NCBI GenBank assembly: GCA_039028615.1
Contig: JBCCHT010000001.1
Coordinates: 256,001 to 320,000, forward strand
Direction of reading: 5' to 3'
Origin: Myxococcota bacterium
Lineage (GTDB): Bacteria; Myxococcota_A; Polyangia; Nannocystales; Nannocystaceae
DNA: 64,000 bases
The notes beneath the pieces were generated by a model. It was not told the DNA's origin, did no database searches, and saw only the letters and a list, made by a program, of their open reading frames with translations. The position numbers and the translations under genes are program-made. Of the stretch, positions 59,445-64,000 are shown one piece after another. The first letter of the stretch is position 1. The number at the start of each line of letters is the position of its first letter.

Positions 59445-59509
59445 ACGCGGACCGTTCAGAAGTGCATGCAGATGGCGGGCTCCGCCCGATGTGCGCGCTC
59501 TTCATGGTC

Positions 59510-59690
59510 GAGGAGGTCGCCAACGGCTGCGGGTGCTCCGCGAGTTGGTCGCGACCTTCAACGAACTGCGCCCGCACCACGGGCCCGGCCAGGGCGTGCC
59601 TGCATCTGGCGCGACTGGCCCACCCCGGGAGGCGCAGTGACACGTACCCCAGTCCTCGGAGGCCTCCATCATTCGTACCGGGGGCTGCCT
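59510..59690 (+). pseudogene. Frameshifted C-terminal remnant of an rve (integrase core) transposase
   Basis: LRVLRELVATFNELRPHHGPGQ in one frame, then VTRTPVLGGLHHSYR in another; boundaries approximate. Confidence 0.65.
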
Positions 59691-59764
59691 GACGGCATGG
59701 ATGAGCCGAGTCGCCAGCACGGTACGGAACGCTCTAAAGCTCCCTCCGACCCGATCGCCAAAAC

Positions 59765-59795
59765 GAAAAAAGGCCCCGCAGGAACCTGCGAGGCC
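59765..59795 (-). terminator. Rho-independent terminator of tRNA-Ile
   Basis: Minus strand GGCCTCGCAG-GTTC-CTGCGGGGCC-TTTTTT. Confidence 0.85.
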
Positions 59796-59803
59796 GTTTC
59801 GGG

Positions 59804-59877
59804 TGGGCGTGGGAGGACTTGAACCTCCGACCTCTGCCTTATCAGGGCAGCGCTCTAACCAGCTGAGCTACACGCCC
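59804..59877 (-). tRNA. tRNA-Ile (GAT)
   Basis: GGGCGTGTAGCTCAGCTGGTTAGAGCGCTGCCCT-GAT-AAGGCAGAGGTCGGAGGTTCAAGTCCTCCCACGCCCA; cloverleaf; CCA not encoded. Confidence 0.95.
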
Positions 59878-60296
59878 GAACGGACGCGCTTTCTATCCAC
59901 CCCGAGCCCCGTCGTCAAGCCGATTTCCTCCCGACGGAGCACGGCCCCGCTCGGCCGGCACGGACGGCCAAAACTCCCCCAAACGGCCGTGAGCCCCGGC
60001 TCCCAAGTCACCTCCAAAACCCGTGAGCATTCCTACACATCTGCACCCGCAACCTGCCGACGACCGAACGACCTAGTCCCCAGCCGCCTCCCCTCATCCG
60101 CGATCTCTCGGGCCCCAGCGCACTGCCCCAACGACCACCACCGGGCGCAGCACCACCAAACCCCAGCCACGCGCCGGCCAATCACGACCCCCGCAGGCCC
60201 GACCGGAACCGAATCCCAGGCCACGGCCGCGCACCGCTCCGAGCGTCCACCCACGGACACCAAGCCGGCTCCAACTCCGGCCCTGGCCGTTTCGCC

Positions 60297-60968
60297 CTAC
60301 TGGTCGACCCGAGCCTGCGCCTCGCCGCCCTTGTCCTTCTTCCGCTTCTTCTTCCTCTTCTTCCGCTTCTGCGTCTCCGTCGGCACCCCTTCCCCATCCA
60401 GCACCCCGGCCTCCTTCGCGTGCTCGATGCGAGCGGCCATGAACCCAATGGACTCCGAGTCCATCGGCATGAGGTGGTGGTGGTAGGGCGGCTGATCGCC
60501 GGGTGCCCAGCGCAGGAAGAACACCAAGGACTGCCCTTGCAACGAACCGGGCAACTCGTCCTCGGATGCAACGTGAATGAGCTGGCGCTCGGAGGTCCCC
60601 TTGAGGGGCTGACCGATCAAGTACTGGACGACCTCGACCTCGAGGTATTGCTCCTGGCTGCCCTGGTAGCGCCCACGCCCCCAGACCTGCAGCACCCGAA
60701 CCTCGGCGACGAGGTCGGAGTAGCCCATGCGCTGGGCGAGCAAGCGTTGGTCACGGACGTCGTGCGGGGCACGGCCCTGGAGGTTGACGGGCTCGGCGGT
60801 GTAGTCGTCGTCGAAGGCGGGACGCCACTTGCTGGACCAGGCGGTGGCCTTGGCGGGCGGGGTGAGCTCGCCTTGGGACTTCTTGCTGGCGCATGCACCT
60901 GGGCCCAAGCACAGGCCGAGGGCGAAGACGGTGGCGATACCCCACGGAAGATGCCGAACCTGGGCCAT
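60297..60968 (-). CDS. Hypothetical lipoprotein with Lys-rich C-terminus
   Basis: PGAC lipobox; KRKKRKKKRKK tail. Confidence 0.65.
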   Translation of the reverse strand: MAQVRHLPWGIATVFALGLCLGPGACASKKSQGELTPPAKATAWSSKWRPAFDDDYTAEPVNLQGRAPHDVRDQRLLAQRMGYSDLVAEVRVLQVWGRGRYQGSQEQYLEVEVVQYLIGQPLKGTSERQLIHVASEDELPGSLQGQSLVFFLRWAPGDQPPYHHHLMPMDSESIGFMAARIEHAKEAGVLDGEGVPTETQKRKKRKKKRKKDKGGEAQARVDQ

Positions 60969-61017
60969 TGGCGCGCAGACTAGCACGGGGATCGCGACGG
61001 GCCCGTCGTGGATCGCT

Positions 61018-61710
61018 ATGCTCCACGAGGTGTCGATCCCTTCGTGGCAAGCGTCGCTGGTGATGAGCTCGTGCCTGGTGGGATGTGCAGCCGCGGGGGC
61101 TCCGCCGAGCTTGCCTCCGCAGGTGCCGGACCTGGTCGCAGCGAACGAAGCGTTGGGTGATCCGTACGGGGGACGGTTTCCGATCGAGGAGGCACTGGCC
61201 GGGTTGCCCACCGAGGGTCAGCTCCGCGCGCAGCTGGTGACGGACGAGGGACCCATCGACTGCACGCTGGACCTGAAGCACGCCCCGCTGACGGTGGCGA
61301 ACTTCGTGGGGCTGGCCCGAGGACTGCGGCCGTTCCTGTCGGACGACGGGAGCTGGAAGACGGAGCCCTACTTCGTGGACCTGGTGTGGCACCGAGCGGA
61401 AGAGGGACAGTTCGTGCAGACGGGCCGCCGCGGGCTCCAGGCGACGGGCGGCTTCCTGCTCCAGGACGAGGTGGGGTACGGCGACTCGTTCGATCGGGCG
61501 GGCGTGTTGGCGATGGCGAACACGGGCATCGAGCACAGCGGGTCGACGCAGTTTTTCGTGACGACGGGACCGACGTCACACCTGGAGGGCGGCCACACGA
61601 TCTTCGGACAGTGTGATGGCGAGGCGGTGGTGCGCAGCCTGGAGCGTCGGGTGGCGCGCGGCGACGGGCCCAAGCCTCGGCTGCTCGAGGTGGTCATCTC
61701 GCGGGGGTGA
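61018..61710 (+). CDS. Cyclophilin-type peptidyl-prolyl isomerase
   Basis: APLTVANFVGLARG, WHR, LAMAN, STQFFVT, HTIFG; start uncertain. Confidence 0.88.
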   Translation: MLHEVSIPSWQASLVMSSCLVGCAAAGAPPSLPPQVPDLVAANEALGDPYGGRFPIEEALAGLPTEGQLRAQLVTDEGPIDCTLDLKHAPLTVANFVGLARGLRPFLSDDGSWKTEPYFVDLVWHRAEEGQFVQTGRRGLQATGGFLLQDEVGYGDSFDRAGVLAMANTGIEHSGSTQFFVTTGPTSHLEGGHTIFGQCDGEAVVRSLERRVARGDGPKPRLLEVVISRG

Positions 61711-61823
61711 GCGACGGAGGACGGAATTGGGCCCTACGGGGCCACGGGTGGCCAAATGTGCCCATTTCGGGTAAACCGGCGCCACGCTTTTCGGGCCCCG
61801 CGGGGCCGCGTCAGGAGGCCGAA

Positions 61824-62681
61824 GTGAACGTTCCCCATCTCTGTGCTCGGACCCCCCTACTCGCTCTCTGCCTGCTGACGCTGGCCTGTGACAGCGGCGG
61901 CAAGAAGGAAGACGCGGCCAAGAAAGACGAGAAGAAGGCCGAGGCCAAGGACGAAAAGGCCGAGAAGAAAGAAGCGAAGAAGGCCAAGCCGAGCAACCTC
62001 CGCGCGGACGGGACGCCCAAGAAGTACCGCCGCGGGCAACGTGCGCCCGAGGGCATGGACGCGCAGGAGATGAAGAACTTCGCCGAGGACGTGGGCGACC
62101 CGACGCTGGGCGACTTCACGCTCGAAAAAGCGTTCGAGGGCGACGCGACGCTGGCCGACAAATCCAAGGGCACGCTCACCGCGACGCTGGATACGGACAA
62201 GGGCAGCTTCGAGTGCACGCTGCTCGAGGACGAGGCCCCGATCTCGGTGGCGAACTTCGTGGGGCTGGCCCGAGGCACGCGTCCGACGTGGAGCAAGGAC
62301 AAGAACGAGTGGGTCAAGGTCAAGCTCTACGACGGGGTCATCTTCCATCGCGTGATGGCGGGCTTCATGGTGCAGACCGGTGACGGCAGCACCGCGGGAC
62401 ACGGCAACAACCCCGGCTACGTGATCCCCGACGAGTTCGGACAGAAGCACGGCAAGGCGGGGGCGCTGTCGATGGCCAACCGCGAGAAGCCGGGCACGGG
62501 CGCGACGCAGTTCTTCGTGACGGTGAAGCCGACGCCCCACCTCGACGGCAAGCACTCGGTGTTCGGCCGCTGCGATCCGAAGGTGGCGATCGAGATCAGC
62601 AAGGTGAAGGTCAACAAGAGCCGCAACAACCGGCCCTACGAGCAGGTCAAGCTCAACTCGGTGACCATCTCCCGCAAGTAG
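61824..62681 (+). CDS. Cyclophilin-type peptidyl-prolyl isomerase lipoprotein
   Basis: AGGAGG SD; TLAC lipobox; FHRVMAGFMVQTGD, LSMAN, TQFFVT, LDGKHSVFG. Confidence 0.92.
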   Translation: MNVPHLCARTPLLALCLLTLACDSGGKKEDAAKKDEKKAEAKDEKAEKKEAKKAKPSNLRADGTPKKYRRGQRAPEGMDAQEMKNFAEDVGDPTLGDFTLEKAFEGDATLADKSKGTLTATLDTDKGSFECTLLEDEAPISVANFVGLARGTRPTWSKDKNEWVKVKLYDGVIFHRVMAGFMVQTGDGSTAGHGNNPGYVIPDEFGQKHGKAGALSMANREKPGTGATQFFVTVKPTPHLDGKHSVFGRCDPKVAIEISKVKVNKSRNNRPYEQVKLNSVTISRK

Positions 62682-62741
62682 CCGTCGCGGCCATCCGCAC
62701 CCGCTCGGGCACGGGCGGGCGCACCATCGACTCGCGCCGAC

Positions 62742-64000
62742 TCAGCGGGCGATGCCGACGACGCGCCAGCGTCCGAACTTCTTCTCGAGGATGAGCACCA
62801 TGTACTCTCCTCCGATCTTGCTGAGCCCGTAGACCCGCGCGTCGCCTTCCTGCACGCCCGCGGGTACGCTGCCGAAGACCTTCCGCAGGCCCGACGCAGT
62901 GTGAATCTTGGCGGGCGTGGGCTTGCCCGTGCCCTTGGCCTCGTCGGCCATGACCTGGAGGATCTCGGCGAGCTCGGCCCGGGTGCGGGCGACGATGCGC
63001 TCGCCGGAGAAGAAGGGCAGCGAGGAGCGAGCGGCGAGCTTGTCGGCCTTGCCCTCGTGCAGCAGCTTCATCCACTCGCGGGCGGCTCGGCGGGCCAAGG
63101 GATCCTTGGCGAGGTCTTCGGCGGCCGGCTGCAGCTCGACGGGCGGTGGCTCGGGCTGCACGACCTTGTGCTCCGGCTCTTTGCCCGTGTGCGGCCGTGG
63201 CGTGCCCCCTCGCGGGTTTGTGGGCACGGCGGAGGGCGGCACCTTCTTGCCGCTGGTGGGCGGCGGAGAGGGGCCGTCAGGCACGTCGGGCGCAGGGTTG
63301 CGCTTGGCCGCGGGTGGCGAGCCGGAGGGCGGTCGGCGGGCGAGCCGCTGGCCATCGCCGCGGCCTCCCCCCCCGCGCGGTCGAACCGCAATGCCCGGAT
63401 CGGGTCGCTCGCCGTGCCCGGCGTTGTCGAGAATGAAGGGCCGCGCGCCGTAGGTGCCACACGCTCGCTCGTCGCGGTGGAAGGCCCAGTGCATGTAGAT
63501 CTTGCCGTTGCCGCTACGAATCTCTCGTGGCGGGTTCGGGAAGGGCCCGGTGGAGTGCACGATTTCGCGAGCGGCCCCGTCGAAGGCGGTATTGCCCGAG
63601 TAGCGAACGGTGGTGACCTTGTCGATGCGCCCGTCGGAGTCGAGCACGATCTCGACCCGGGTCCATAGCTCGTAGTTGTTGAGCGCGTGGTTGCGGCCCC
63701 GCGTGTCGAGCTGCTCCAAAAAGCCCCACGCCCACGCCTCGTGGATCTTGCGGTGCATCTTGGCGATGTAGCGAGCAAAGGGGTGCTTGCGAGAGCGCAG
63801 GGCGGTCTGGTTGCCGACCTTGACCTCGGGGACCATGTTCTCGAGCGGCGATTGCCAGGCCGCCCGGGCGTCCTCCCAGACGCCCTTCTTCTTGCTCTGC
63901 TTTTGCGCCTCGAGACGCTTTTGCGCGTCGACGGTCTTGCCGAAGACGGCGTCGAGGTCTTTGTGGCTCAGCTTGAAGCGATAGACCTTGTCGCGACTCT
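62742..64000 (-). CDS. TonB C-terminal domain protein (partial, 5' end outside the window)
   Basis: Frame open to the window end; VEIVLDSDGRI...SGNTAFDGAA...GPFPNPP; Pro-rich linker. Confidence 0.75.
   Translation of the reverse strand, partial: SRDKVYRFKLSHKDLDAVFGKTVDAQKRLEAQKQSKKKGVWEDARAAWQSPLENMVPEVKVGNQTALRSRKHPFARYIAKMHRKIHEAWAWGFLEQLDTRGRNHALNNYELWTRVEIVLDSDGRIDKVTTVRYSGNTAFDGAAREIVHSTGPFPNPPREIRSGNGKIYMHWAFHRDERACGTYGARPFILDNAGHGERPDPGIAVRPRGGGGRGDGQRLARRPPSGSPPAAKRNPAPDVPDGPSPPPTSGKKVPPSAVPTNPRGGTPRPHTGKEPEHKVVQPEPPPVELQPAAEDLAKDPLARRAAREWMKLLHEGKADKLAARSSLPFFSGERIVARTRAELAEILQVMADEAKGTGKPTPAKIHTASGLRKVFGSVPAGVQEGDARVYGLSKIGGEYMVLILEKKFGRWRVVGIAR

Noticed and set aside
59804..59830. 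att-site duplication of the tRNA-Ile 3' end
   Set aside because: I noticed no second copy in this window; a computational search is needed to exclude it.
1..64000. CRISPR array, rRNA, intact transposase or prophage
   Set aside because: No regularly spaced repeats, rRNA-like sequence or intact mobility genes were seen.

Overview
GC-rich bacterial DNA whose gene content (Cys-rich lipoproteins, SUMF1-domain lipoprotein, TonB-C protein, cyclophilin lipoproteins) looks myxobacterial; this is an inference, not a database result. The centre (about 12.4-51.1 kb) is a large, unusual hybrid biosynthetic locus. It has a C39-peptidase ABC exporter, a second ABC subunit and HlyD, transcribed divergently from a 51-aa peptide gene that the ORF track misses (18859..19014). 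That peptide heads an operon for an AurF-like diiron oxygenase, a Nudix protein, an NDP-sugar epimerase/dehydratase, a CX5R phosphatase and an atypical Cys-type NRPS (A-T-Cy-dA-T-TE). The locus also holds a stand-alone LanB glutamylation-domain protein (PEARL-like), the coenzyme F420 genes cofC/D/E/G/H plus npdG and an LLM oxidoreductase, an ATP-grasp ligase, a gamma-glutamyl ligase/hydrolase pair, aminopeptidase P, an ArgE-like amidase, an aminotransferase, a methyltransferase and a possible clan-CD protease. At the left edge is a second RiPP-like locus: a double-glycine precursor followed by a LanC-like gene that runs off the window. A cysteinyl-tRNA synthetase abuts the large cluster. The right part has accessory lipoproteins, tam, a MarR/DUF1772 pair with palindromic operators, integrase remnants beside tRNA-Ile(GAT), two cyclophilins and a TonB-domain gene. 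All calls come from reading motifs by eye; no searches were run.
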